This document shows, piece after piece, positions 1 through 8,589 of a stretch of DNA of 50,741 bases. The translations under genes were made by a program, and so were the position numbers. The stretch is from Acidobacteriota bacterium. Lineage in GTDB: Bacteria > Acidobacteriota > Thermoanaerobaculia > UBA2201. The stretch is from NCBI GenBank assembly GCA_037441225.1, contig JBBISU010000020.1:1-50741 (forward strand), read 5' to 3'. The notes beneath the pieces are model-generated. The model ran no database searches. It was given only the letters and a program-made list of their open reading frames with translations, and had not been told where the DNA came from. Every line of letters begins with the position of its first letter. The stretch's first letter is position 1.

Positions 1-19
1 ATATACAAATAATATATTA

Positions 20-45
20 CGCAGGCTAAAGAACCTGCGGCTACA
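20..45. repeat. GC-rich hairpin element (CGCAGG-CTAAAGAA-CCTGCG followed by GCTACA); an inverted copy lies at the 3' end of the window
   Basis: Perfect 6-bp stem with an 8-nt loop, read directly. The reverse complement of 50722-50741 matches 26-45 at 19 of 20 positions. Confidence 0.5.
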
Positions 46-242
46 ATTTATTTATTTATAAATGACAGGTCGCACAAGGGCGACCCCCACACTGCTGCTC
101 TATTTTATCTCATTTTCACCTGCCTTTTTTAGGCTGATAAGTTTATTTGATTTATTAAAACTTTGGCTTTTTTGGAGTTGTTTTTGGAATTTTTAAATTT
201 TCTATAAAGAATTTAATCAAAATTTTTTTAAATATTTTATTT

Positions 243-995
243 TTAAAATTGAAAATGAACCGGTACATCTGAAAGATTTGTTATTTCTTCTCTTTTCATA
301 TCTTTTGATAAATATACAAGCTCTATTCTAAAAATTTTTTCTTTATATTTATTTGATAACAGCTTAAAATATGGTTCAGAGGAATAGTTGAAACGAAAAT
401 CTTTTGCTTTTGCAAAACCAGCTTTACTGCTTTTAAAAATATTTTTTCCATAATGAGGATAAAGCTGACCATTAGGAACGCACACTAATTTTAATGCCTT
501 TATATCTGGCTTAGCATGTTCATGAACTATTTGTATAATATAATTCAGACAGGGTTTTCTTATTTTTGCAGAAATTTTATAATAATGAGGAAGGTTAGGT
601 AAAAATATCCCTTCTACTCCATAAGATGTTTGATTGATTGCAATATTGATTTTGCCTCTATAATCCGAAGGGTTATCTATTAAAGCAGTCTTAATTTCAA
701 TATGAATAAAAGCATCGGGAACTTCAAACATCAAATCTGACCCCAAAGGTGATGAATTAGGAAATTTTAAAATTGATGCAAAAAAGTGATGAAAAATTCT
801 CTCTGCTCCTGTGTCTAAATCAGATGCTTTATACCCACTTCTTGCTGTTTTTATAAAATTATCATACCAATCATTTAAAATTTTTATCCTCGAATTTAAT
901 CCATTGATTAAGCTATTTAGATCTTGTTTCAAATGTAGAAGAATTAAATCAAAATATTGTCTTTCTTCCCTCTCAAGTTCAAAATCACTTAACAT
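243..995 (-). CDS. Putative type II restriction endonuclease, partner of the adjacent methyltransferase
   Basis: Same strand as the MTase ORF with an 11-nt overlap. Candidate PD-(D/E)XK signature in SDLMFEVPDAFIHIEIK (D-X12-E-X-K). No other family motif recognised. Confidence 0.4.
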   Translation of the reverse strand: MLSDFELEREERQYFDLILLHLKQDLNSLINGLNSRIKILNDWYDNFIKTARSGYKASDLDTGAERIFHHFFASILKFPNSSPLGSDLMFEVPDAFIHIEIKTALIDNPSDYRGKINIAINQTSYGVEGIFLPNLPHYYKISAKIRKPCLNYIIQIVHEHAKPDIKALKLVCVPNGQLYPHYGKNIFKSSKAGFAKAKDFRFNYSSEPYFKLLSNKYKEKIFRIELVYLSKDMKREEITNLSDVPVHFQF

Positions 996-2427
996 AAATT
1001 ATCTCCTTAATATTTTTGCATCTTTTTTTGATGATTTCTAAATACTCAGGAATAAGTTCAATCAATATAGCACTTTTCCCTAAATCTTGGGCTACTTTTG
1101 CTGTTGTTCCCGAACCAGCAAAAGGATCTAATACAATGCCATTCTCAGGACAACCTGCTTCAATACATCTTTTTACTAATTCTTCTGGAAAGGTCGCAAA
1201 ATGAGCCTCAGAAAGGGGCTGAAGTTTTATGTTCCATACATCACCAGGATTTTTGCCCTTGGGGTGTGCCTTTACAGTTTGGAGAATTAAATGGGTTTCA
1301 GTAACCCACCTATCATATATTTCGTCAAATCCCAATATATTTTTTAGCTTAAACCAATCCTCTGGCAAAGGGATGGAACCACCCCTTCCCCAACTTCCCG
1401 TGTCTTTTCTAAACCAATGACTTGCTGTATCCTTATATTCTAATATTTCGTCAATTTTTTTTGTAGTAATATTTTTCTTAGTTTTCCAAAATTTAAGATA
1501 TTTAGCAATTATTGGCTGGAAAATTCTAAATTTCCGTTGTCGGGCTAAATACTCTCCAAAGAGAGATTTTCTTGCTCCCGGAGAAGCTCCTCTATTATCA
1601 GGGTTCAATCTAAATTTACCATTGTATGAATTTTTTCTCGGTTGAGAAAATATGGAAGGAAATAAAAATGATGGCTCTAATTCCCTAATTTCATTTAGGT
1701 TTGGCTCTGGCGGTAAAATTGGTTTTGGAAATCCATTACAACTCAAGTGTTTGTCTATATCTAATTCATTTTTTATAACTCCACCACAATCTGAACAAAT
1801 TAAATCAATTGGTATTTGAGATTCTTTATCAAAATCTTGCACAACCTCAATGGTACTTTTACCATCCTCCCAATTAACTTTGACAAAAATACTTCCTTGA
1901 GAATTTTTAAAAAGGCTTGCTACATAACCAGTAAGTTTTTTATCTTTTAATAAAGAATTCTTAACCTCAATGCCCAATAATTCTTGTGGATTCTTATTAT
2001 AAAGAAAATTTTTAGTAAGTAATCTAAGTTTATCTATTGAAAAATAGTATCTGTATTTACTTTCTTTTTTTACAAGTAAAAATATTGGTTCATAAACATT
2101 TGAAAATCTATTATTTAATGAAGAAGGCATAGCATTTGGTTTATACCAAATTATTTTATTTAAAAGCGTCCATCCATTTTTTTGAAGTTCTATTGCTAAA
2201 ATTTCGGGAATTAGTAATAATTCTTTTTCCAAATATTTATATCCAACATTTAAAAAGAAAGTTCCTGTGGGCTTCAAAACCCTTCTTAACTCATTGAAAA
2301 CCTTTACAAGATTTTTTATGTATTCTTCGTAGGATTTTTCTTGACCAATCTGGTCAGGGGCTTTGTAATCCCTTTGTTTCCAATAAGGAGGACTTGTTAT
2401 AGCACAATCTACAATATTATCAGGCAA
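985..2427 (-). CDS. DNA methyltransferase, beta-class N4-cytosine/N6-adenine family (motif IV precedes motif I)
   Basis: TSPPYW (motif IV, nt 2383-2394) near the N-terminus and DPFAGSGTT (SAM-binding motif I) near the C-terminus. The tracked TTG start is probably artificial because the frame stays open upstream to 2589. Confidence 0.85.
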   Translation of the reverse strand: MPDNIVDCAITSPPYWKQRDYKAPDQIGQEKSYEEYIKNLVKVFNELRRVLKPTGTFFLNVGYKYLEKELLLIPEILAIELQKNGWTLLNKIIWYKPNAMPSSLNNRFSNVYEPIFLLVKKESKYRYYFSIDKLRLLTKNFLYNKNPQELLGIEVKNSLLKDKKLTGYVASLFKNSQGSIFVKVNWEDGKSTIEVVQDFDKESQIPIDLICSDCGGVIKNELDIDKHLSCNGFPKPILPPEPNLNEIRELEPSFLFPSIFSQPRKNSYNGKFRLNPDNRGASPGARKSLFGEYLARQRKFRIFQPIIAKYLKFWKTKKNITTKKIDEILEYKDTASHWFRKDTGSWGRGGSIPLPEDWFKLKNILGFDEIYDRWVTETHLILQTVKAHPKGKNPGDVWNIKLQPLSEAHFATFPEELVKRCIEAGCPENGIVLDPFAGSGTTAKVAQDLGKSAILIELIPEYLEIIKKRCKNIKEIIYVK

Positions 2428-3000
2428 TAATTTTAAGCATTTATTTACATCGCCAATATAAATTATGACATTACCAAAATCATTTAAACTAAAACTCTCC
2501 TTGTATTTTTGAAGGAAATTTAATTGTTCTTTAACAACTAAATTTTCTGAGGTTGTTATAATATGTTCTTTAATTTCTTTATAAAAAAATTATTTTTTGA
2601 AATTGCTCATAGATCAAACAAAGCATTTTAACAAAAGGTATTTCGAATATACTTTCTAAAAAAATTTTTGCAAAATAATGCTCTAAGGCATTATATAATG
2701 TAATTTCAAAGCTTTTGGTTTTTAGATTCATAGTTTTATTATATAATATTTTTATTTAAAATCAAGAAAATTTTTTTCTTAAATTATTTTAAAATTACTT
2801 GCCGAAAAAATTATTATATTTTTAAAGCATCTGATTTTTTCGCTTTTGTATAATAGCATTTTTGGCTTTATGCCAATTCTTTCTCTTGCTATTGCTTATA
2901 TTTTCAGACAAATTTATTATGTGGCTTCTATTAATTTTTTTCCTTAATATCAAAAGAGTTTTTTCTTTTAGCCTTAAAATCTTTATTTTTTTTAGTTGTC

Positions 3001-3591
3001 TTAAAAAATAATTTTATGATAATTCAAAAAATTTTTAAAGAGTTTTTTGCCAAAGGTCTTTGATTCTTCTGGATGAAACTGGACACCAAAAATGGATAAA
3101 TTTCTTGATTCCACTGCCTCTATTCCACCTTCAAAATTTTTTGCAATTATTTTAAAATTTTTCAAAAATTCTTCTGTTTCAAGCACTTCTTCAAAATGGC
3201 TTTCATACATTTCAAATCTTTTAGGAAAACTTTCAAAGATTTCGCTATTATCAATTAAATTTATTTCTTCAAAGCCCTTATGTTTTCTTTTTGCTTTTTT
3301 TACCTCTGCACCAAAATACTTAGAAATTGCCTGATGGCCATAACATACCCCTAAAATTGGAATTTTAAAAGAAAAAATATAATTTAAATAATTTAAATCA
3401 ATTTCCCCATCTCCAACCATCTTTTGGCTTCCTGAAAGGATTATCTTATCTGGCTCGTCTATTTTATCACCTTCATTTTTTATAATTAAATTAAATTTTT
3501 CTTCAACTAAATCCTTTAAAAATTTTGCATATTTATTTATTTTTTCCTCTTTTTTTTCCTTATAAAAATTTATCAAATAGATATTTTTCAT
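3001..3591 (-). CDS. Class I glutamine amidotransferase (GuaA-N/TrpG-like stand-alone GATase)
   Basis: Catalytic Cys motif GVCYGHQ and His-Glu motif FGVQFHPE. Confidence 0.8.
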   Translation of the reverse strand: MKNIYLINFYKEKKEEKINKYAKFLKDLVEEKFNLIIKNEGDKIDEPDKIILSGSQKMVGDGEIDLNYLNYIFSFKIPILGVCYGHQAISKYFGAEVKKAKRKHKGFEEINLIDNSEIFESFPKRFEMYESHFEEVLETEEFLKNFKIIAKNFEGGIEAVESRNLSIFGVQFHPEESKTFGKKLFKNFLNYHKIIF

Positions 3592-4389
3592 TTATGAAAA
3601 TAAAACATCCAAGGACATCATAATTAAAAAGCCCATAATTATTGAAATTGTTGAAAAATCAGAATGGGGCTCTTTTTGAACCTCTGGGATTAATTCTTCC
3701 ACAACTACATATACCATCGCACCTGCTGCAAAGGATAAGGCAAAGGGGAGGATTGAATGGACAAGGATTACAAATAAAGCACCTAAAAGTGCTGCTACTG
3801 GTTCAACAATTGCTGAAAGCTGCCCATACCAAAATGCTTTCCATCTTGAAATCCCTTCCCTCCTCAAAGGACCTGAGACAGCAAAACCCTCTGGAAAATT
3901 TTGTATTCCAATGCCAATTGATAAGGCAATTGCACCTGCCAAAGTATATCCTTCTAATTTCAAAGAAGCAACTGAAAAGCCAACTCCAACAGCAAGCCCT
4001 TCTGGAATATTGTGCAATGTTATTGCCAATATCAAAAGGACAATTCTTTTCCATTTTGTCTTAATCCCTTCACTTTCAAATTTATCTGTAAATAAATGCA
4101 AATGGGGAAGGGTTTTATCAATTAAAAGAAGAAATAAACTTCCAGATAAAAATCCAGAAAAAACAAGATAATATTTTCCTTTTCCCATTTCAATTGCAGG
4201 TAAAAGCAAACTAAAAAATGAGGCAGAAAGCATAATCCCACCTGCAAAAGCCATCATAGAATCCAAAACTTTTTTACTTACTTCTTTTTTAAAAAATATC
4301 AAAGAAGCCCCTAAGGCAGTTAAAAGCCAGTTTATTGTAGCTCCTAAAAATGCCTGAAAGATAGGGTTTAAGGTTTTAAAAAACTCCAT
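3592..4389 (-). CDS. zupT: ZIP-family divalent metal (zinc) transporter, ZupT-like
   Basis: Polytopic membrane protein with the paired HNIPEGLAVG and QNFPEGFAV motifs typical of ZIP/ZupT. Confidence 0.8.
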   Translation of the reverse strand: MEFFKTLNPIFQAFLGATINWLLTALGASLIFFKKEVSKKVLDSMMAFAGGIMLSASFFSLLLPAIEMGKGKYYLVFSGFLSGSLFLLLIDKTLPHLHLFTDKFESEGIKTKWKRIVLLILAITLHNIPEGLAVGVGFSVASLKLEGYTLAGAIALSIGIGIQNFPEGFAVSGPLRREGISRWKAFWYGQLSAIVEPVAALLGALFVILVHSILPFALSFAAGAMVYVVVEELIPEVQKEPHSDFSTISIIMGFLIMMSLDVLFS

Positions 4390-5219
4390 AATTTTTCTTC
4401 ATTTAATTTTCTTTTATAAAGAGGTGTTTTATCTTTTTTGTAAACTGATAATTCTTCTTCAAAAGTTTTTCTTTTTTCATTTTTATAAATTATACCAATT
4501 GGATATTTTTCTAAATTTAAAGTTATTTTTAATGCTTCTTCTTTATTATGAGAATCATAATTTTCTGGAAGATAAAAAGAATTTTCTTTAAACCATTGAT
4601 AGGTATTTAATTTATTGAAACTTACACAGGGTTGTAAAATTAAAATAAAAGAAAAACCTTTATGCTTTACTGCTTCTTTTATAATTTCTTTTGTTTTTTC
4701 TGTATCTGCTGCAAGTGCACAAGCAACAAAAGATGCGTCCTGGGAAATTGCTAAAGATAAAGCATTTAATGGATATTCAATTACTCCTTCCACTTGAAAA
4801 GGTGTCTTAAAACCAACTAAACTTGTAGGGGATGCTTGTCCTTTTGTTAAGCCATAGACCATATTATTATGTAAAAGAAGTGTAATATCTGGATTTCTTC
4901 TAATTGTATGAATAAAATGGTTTCCTCCTTCTGCAAGCATATCCCCATCTCCACCAATAGCAATTACTTTCATTTCAGGATTTACAACTTTTATTGCAGT
5001 TGCAGCAGGGAGGGCTCTACCATGTAAGCCATTGAAAAAATGGCTTTTGAAAAAATGTGGAAGCTTTGCTGCTTGTCCTATGCCTGATACAACTATCAAA
5101 TCTTCTGGTTTTAAATCTAATTCTATTGATGCCTTTTTTAAAGCTGTTAAAATTGGAAAATTTCCACAGCCAGGGCACCAGGTATTTTCAACATAAGGTT
5201 TGTCAAAAATATTTTCCAT
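4368..5219 (-). CDS. 2-oxoacid:ferredoxin oxidoreductase, beta (TPP-binding) subunit, KorB/PorB type
   Basis: N-terminal WCPGCGN and the TPP motif GGDGD...NN. Its start overlaps the stop of the response regulator (TAATG). Confidence 0.85.
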   Translation of the reverse strand: MENIFDKPYVENTWCPGCGNFPILTALKKASIELDLKPEDLIVVSGIGQAAKLPHFFKSHFFNGLHGRALPAATAIKVVNPEMKVIAIGGDGDMLAEGGNHFIHTIRRNPDITLLLHNNMVYGLTKGQASPTSLVGFKTPFQVEGVIEYPLNALSLAISQDASFVACALAADTEKTKEIIKEAVKHKGFSFILILQPCVSFNKLNTYQWFKENSFYLPENYDSHNKEEALKITLNLEKYPIGIIYKNEKRKTFEEELSVYKKDKTPLYKRKLNEEKLWSFLKP

Positions 5220-6556
5220 TAAATCTCCTCCTTATTTATTTTATATTTTTTTATTTTATACCTCAATTTATCTCTTGTTATTTTTAAAACCCTTGCTGCT
5301 TTTGAAACATTATAATTTGTATATTTTAAAGCATTTTTTATTAGTTTTATTTCCATATCTTCAAGGGAATAATAATCTTCTCTCTTTGCTTCACTTTTTT
5401 TGTCCTTGTCAAGGTTTAAATCTTCCAAATCAATGTATTCTTTATTAATTAATATCATTGTCCTTTCTATAACATTTCTAATTTCTCTTACATTCCCATA
5501 CCATTCGTATTCAAGCAAAGATATTTCTGCTTCTTTTGTAAGCCCTAATACCTTTTTATTAAATTTTTTATTATATAAATTAATAAAATGCTTAGCCAAT
5601 GGCAAAATATCTTCTTTTCTTTCCCTTAGGGGTGGTATATATATTGGAAAGATGGAAATCCTATAATATAAGTCTTCTCTGAATAGTTTTTCTTCAACTT
5701 CTTTTTTTAAGTCCCTGTTTGTAGCAGATATAAACATTACATCTGTTTGGATATCCCTCAATCCTCCCAACCTCTTAAAAACCCCATCTTCTAAAAATCT
5801 TAAAACCTTTGCTTGTAAATTTATTTTAAGTTCACCTATTTCATCAAGGAATAAAGTTCCATCATTTGCAAGTTCTAAAAGACCTTTTTTTTGTGTTTTT
5901 GCATCTGTAAAGGCACCCTTTTCATATCCAAAAATTTCACTTTCTAAAAGATTCTCTGGTACTGCTGCACAATTTAAAACCAAAAAAGGATTGTCCCTTC
6001 TTCTTGAGTGCAAGTGGATATATTTTGCTATTAAATCCTTTCCCGTTCCACTCTCTCCTTGTAGCAAGATTGTCCTTGCCTCTGATGTTGCAACAGTATG
6101 GGCTAATCTCAATACTTCTTGCATTTTATTAGAAGAAGCAATAATTTCAATATCCTCTTTATCTCTTTTTTTGTACATTAATAGTTCGTTTTTTAAAATA
6201 ATATGCTCTTCTGCTTTTTTTACATTAATTAATATTTCTTCTGCTTCTATTGGCTTTTCTAAATAATTAAAAGCACCCTTTTTTACACAATTTATGGCAT
6301 CTTTTATTTTTCCATAAGCAGTTAACATAATAAATAAGATATCTGGGTAACCAGAAATAGCCCATTCTAAGAGATCAATTCCAGTTCCATCAGGAAGATT
6401 TACATCCAATAAAACAATATCAGGTTCTTCCTTAATTATAATTTCTTTTGCTTCTTTTATTGTGCTGGATTCAAAGACATTATAACTTTCATTTCTTAAA
6501 AGTTTTGCAATAGAAATTCTAAATAGATTTTCATCATCAACAATTAATATTTTCAT
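5219..6556 (-). CDS. Sigma54-dependent response regulator (NtrC family: REC + AAA+ + Fis-type HTH)
   Basis: REC domain (ILIVDDE...VLLDVNLPD), Walker A GESGTGKD, sigma54-contact motif GAFTDA, Walker B LFLDEIGE and a C-terminal HTH (AARVLKITRDKLRYKIKKY). Confidence 0.9.
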   Translation of the reverse strand: MKILIVDDENLFRISIAKLLRNESYNVFESSTIKEAKEIIIKEEPDIVLLDVNLPDGTGIDLLEWAISGYPDILFIMLTAYGKIKDAINCVKKGAFNYLEKPIEAEEILINVKKAEEHIILKNELLMYKKRDKEDIEIIASSNKMQEVLRLAHTVATSEARTILLQGESGTGKDLIAKYIHLHSRRRDNPFLVLNCAAVPENLLESEIFGYEKGAFTDAKTQKKGLLELANDGTLFLDEIGELKINLQAKVLRFLEDGVFKRLGGLRDIQTDVMFISATNRDLKKEVEEKLFREDLYYRISIFPIYIPPLRERKEDILPLAKHFINLYNKKFNKKVLGLTKEAEISLLEYEWYGNVREIRNVIERTMILINKEYIDLEDLNLDKDKKSEAKREDYYSLEDMEIKLIKNALKYTNYNVSKAARVLKITRDKLRYKIKKYKINKEEI

Positions 6557-6583
6557 TTTAAAAAATTATACCATAAATTCATC

Positions 6584-6600
6584 TGGCATAAGTTTTGCAT
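6584..6600 (+). promoter_or_regulatory. Sigma54 (-24/-12) promoter P1
   Basis: TGGCAT-AAGTT-TTGCAT. GG at 6585-6586 and GC at 6597-6598 give the canonical spacing. It sits in the 52-bp gap divergent from the sigma54 activator gene. Confidence 0.7.
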
Positions 6601-6608
6601 AAAAATAA

Positions 6609-6926
6609 TTGATGAATAAAATTTTAATAATTGGAAGGGATTTAAATTTTGTTTGGGCATTAAAAAAATTGCTAAAAGGTGAAAATATTGAAATTGATCA
6701 TATTTTTACAATATCAGAAGCAAAGGTAAGATTTGAAAAAGGTAGATATGATTTAGTTATATTAGATAATTTAAATTTCTATGAGATGGAAATTTTTTTA
6801 AAAATTAAACCAGAAAATTTAAAAATTTTAACAATTGATATAGAAAATTCTAATTTTATTTCAATTCAGAAAGAAAACCCTTATCAAAATATGCTATTAT
6901 ATCTAAGAAATTTTTTAAGTTTTTAA
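6609..6926 (+). CDS. Stand-alone degenerate receiver (pseudo-REC) domain protein
   Basis: CheY-like pattern KILIIGRD...YDLVILDN. The acidic DD pair is replaced by GR and the phospho-acceptor-position Asp is retained. The likely start is ATG 6612. Confidence 0.5.
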   Translation: MMNKILIIGRDLNFVWALKKLLKGENIEIDHIFTISEAKVRFEKGRYDLVILDNLNFYEMEIFLKIKPENLKILTIDIENSNFISIQKENPYQNMLLYLRNFLSF

Positions 6927-6941
6927 AAAGAGAGGTTTCAA

Positions 6942-8579
6942 ATGGCTTTTTTTATAATTTTAATTCTTTATTTTTCTTCTATTGAAAAAAATCACCCTGC
7001 CCTTTTACAGGCAGAAAAAACAAATTGCAAAATTTGCCATATCAAAATACTTGAAGGAAAAATAAAGCATTCTCCAGTTGAAGAAAATTGCATAACCTGC
7101 CATATATATGAAAAAAAAGAAGGAAAGGATATAATAAAATTAACTAAAGCAATACCAGAACTCTGTTTTTCTTGTCATAGGGAACTTTCAGATTATAAAG
7201 AAAAAAAATCTCATATTGTCCTTGAAGAATGCTCAAGTTGCCATAATTTTCATTCATCAAATTTTGAAAAAATTCTTTTAAAAGAACTCCCAACTCTTTG
7301 TGAAGATTGTCATAATTTAAAGGAACTTAAAGAGAAAAGCCATAAAGGACAACCAATTAATGGAACAAATTGCATTGGTTGTCATAATCCCCATTTTTCA
7401 AAAAATGAAAAGTTGCTCAAAGGTAATTTTTTTCATAAACCCTTCATTGATTTGACCTGTGATGCCTGCCATAACAAAACCCTTACAAAAAATGTAAGGT
7501 TAAAAGCAGATGTGAAAACACTTTGTACTGCTTGCCATAGCAATATAGATTTAGAATTAAAGGAAAAAAGTTTGCATATTCCTTTTAGAGATGGAGAATG
7601 TGTAAGATGCCACAATCCTCACTTATCAGAAGAAAAAAATCTTTTAAAATTTAAGGAAAAAGATTTATGTATATCCTGCCATAAAGTTATTATAAATAAA
7701 AAATATATACATGAACCTTTAAAAGATGGCTGCCTTACCTGTCACAATGCCCATTCATCTCCAAAAGAATATCTTATATCAAAGGATATGATGGAAGATG
7801 AAAAAATATCTTCCTTTTGCTTTTCTTGCCATAATATGGATGAAAATTTAAAAAAAGCACATAGGAATTCAAATTTAAAAGAAATAAAATGTTCCATTTG
7901 TCACAATCCCCATTCTTCAGGTAATGAGAAATTTTTAAATGAAAACTCGGTTCATCCTGTCTTTGAAGATTGTGAAAGTTGCCATACCGAAGGAATAAAA
8001 ACAAGAAAAGAAGATCCAGAACTTTGTTTTGAATGCCATAGTGATTTTAAAGAAAAATTATCTTCTTTTAAGTTTAGCCATTCTGCCATTGAAAATGGAT
8101 GCCTCACCTGTCACACCCCTCATATATCAAATTTTAAACCAATTTTAAAAGGAGAACAAAAGAAAATATGCAATGATTGCCACCAAATCGAATTCCCTTT
8201 TGAGCATAAAGTAATTTCTCTTTTAGGTTGCTCTTCCTGCCATTTGCCTCATGGGGGAGAAAATAATAAATTCTTAAAAACAACTGGAAATGAATTATGC
8301 TTATCTTGCCATTTTTTTAAAGAATCAAAGGAAGAAAAAGAATTGGGATTAAAATTTCCAAAAATAAAATTAGATGATAAGATGGAAAAAGGACATCCTA
8401 CAATAAGCCATATTGTAAAAGGAAAAATGATGAAGAAAAAAGGGTTAACCCCACCAGAAAATATGGAAGAAATTTCCTGCCTTTCCTGCCATAATCCCCA
8501 TGGAGGTCAATCAAAGAACCTTTATTCTTTTGGCAAAAGAAACCAAAATGAGTTATGTCAATTGTGTCATCTCAAATGA
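6942..8579 (+). CDS. Multihaem c-type cytochrome with 21 CXXCH motifs (c7-type triheme repeat polymer-like), probably periplasmic
   Basis: I counted 21 CXXCH in 545 aa. They recur in a period of three, with many in the form CxxCHNPH. Hydrophobic N-terminus. Confidence 0.9.
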   Translation: MAFFIILILYFSSIEKNHPALLQAEKTNCKICHIKILEGKIKHSPVEENCITCHIYEKKEGKDIIKLTKAIPELCFSCHRELSDYKEKKSHIVLEECSSCHNFHSSNFEKILLKELPTLCEDCHNLKELKEKSHKGQPINGTNCIGCHNPHFSKNEKLLKGNFFHKPFIDLTCDACHNKTLTKNVRLKADVKTLCTACHSNIDLELKEKSLHIPFRDGECVRCHNPHLSEEKNLLKFKEKDLCISCHKVIINKKYIHEPLKDGCLTCHNAHSSPKEYLISKDMMEDEKISSFCFSCHNMDENLKKAHRNSNLKEIKCSICHNPHSSGNEKFLNENSVHPVFEDCESCHTEGIKTRKEDPELCFECHSDFKEKLSSFKFSHSAIENGCLTCHTPHISNFKPILKGEQKKICNDCHQIEFPFEHKVISLLGCSSCHLPHGGENNKFLKTTGNELCLSCHFFKESKEEKELGLKFPKIKLDDKMEKGHPTISHIVKGKMMKKKGLTPPENMEEISCLSCHNPHGGQSKNLYSFGKRNQNELCQLCHLK

Positions 8580-8589
8580 GAGGTAAAAT

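Noticed and set aside
1-120. CRISPR array at the window start, suggested by a palindromic GC-rich unit in an AT-rich context.
   Set aside because: Only one copy is present at each end. There is no regular repeat-spacer periodicity and no cas genes in the window.
811-1420. ORF-track entries antisense to or out of frame with the R-M genes (811-1041, 1016-1204, 1098-1304, 1229-1420). The same applies to similar shadow ORFs throughout, e.g. 3092-3334, 3642-4171, 4615-4797, 5057-5666, 5991-6266, 36031-36267, 36667-37896 and 45247-45576.
   Set aside because: Each lies entirely inside a longer ORF that has clear family motifs. The translations are low-complexity, Leu/Phe/Ser-rich and lack motifs, as expected for shadow frames in AT-rich DNA.
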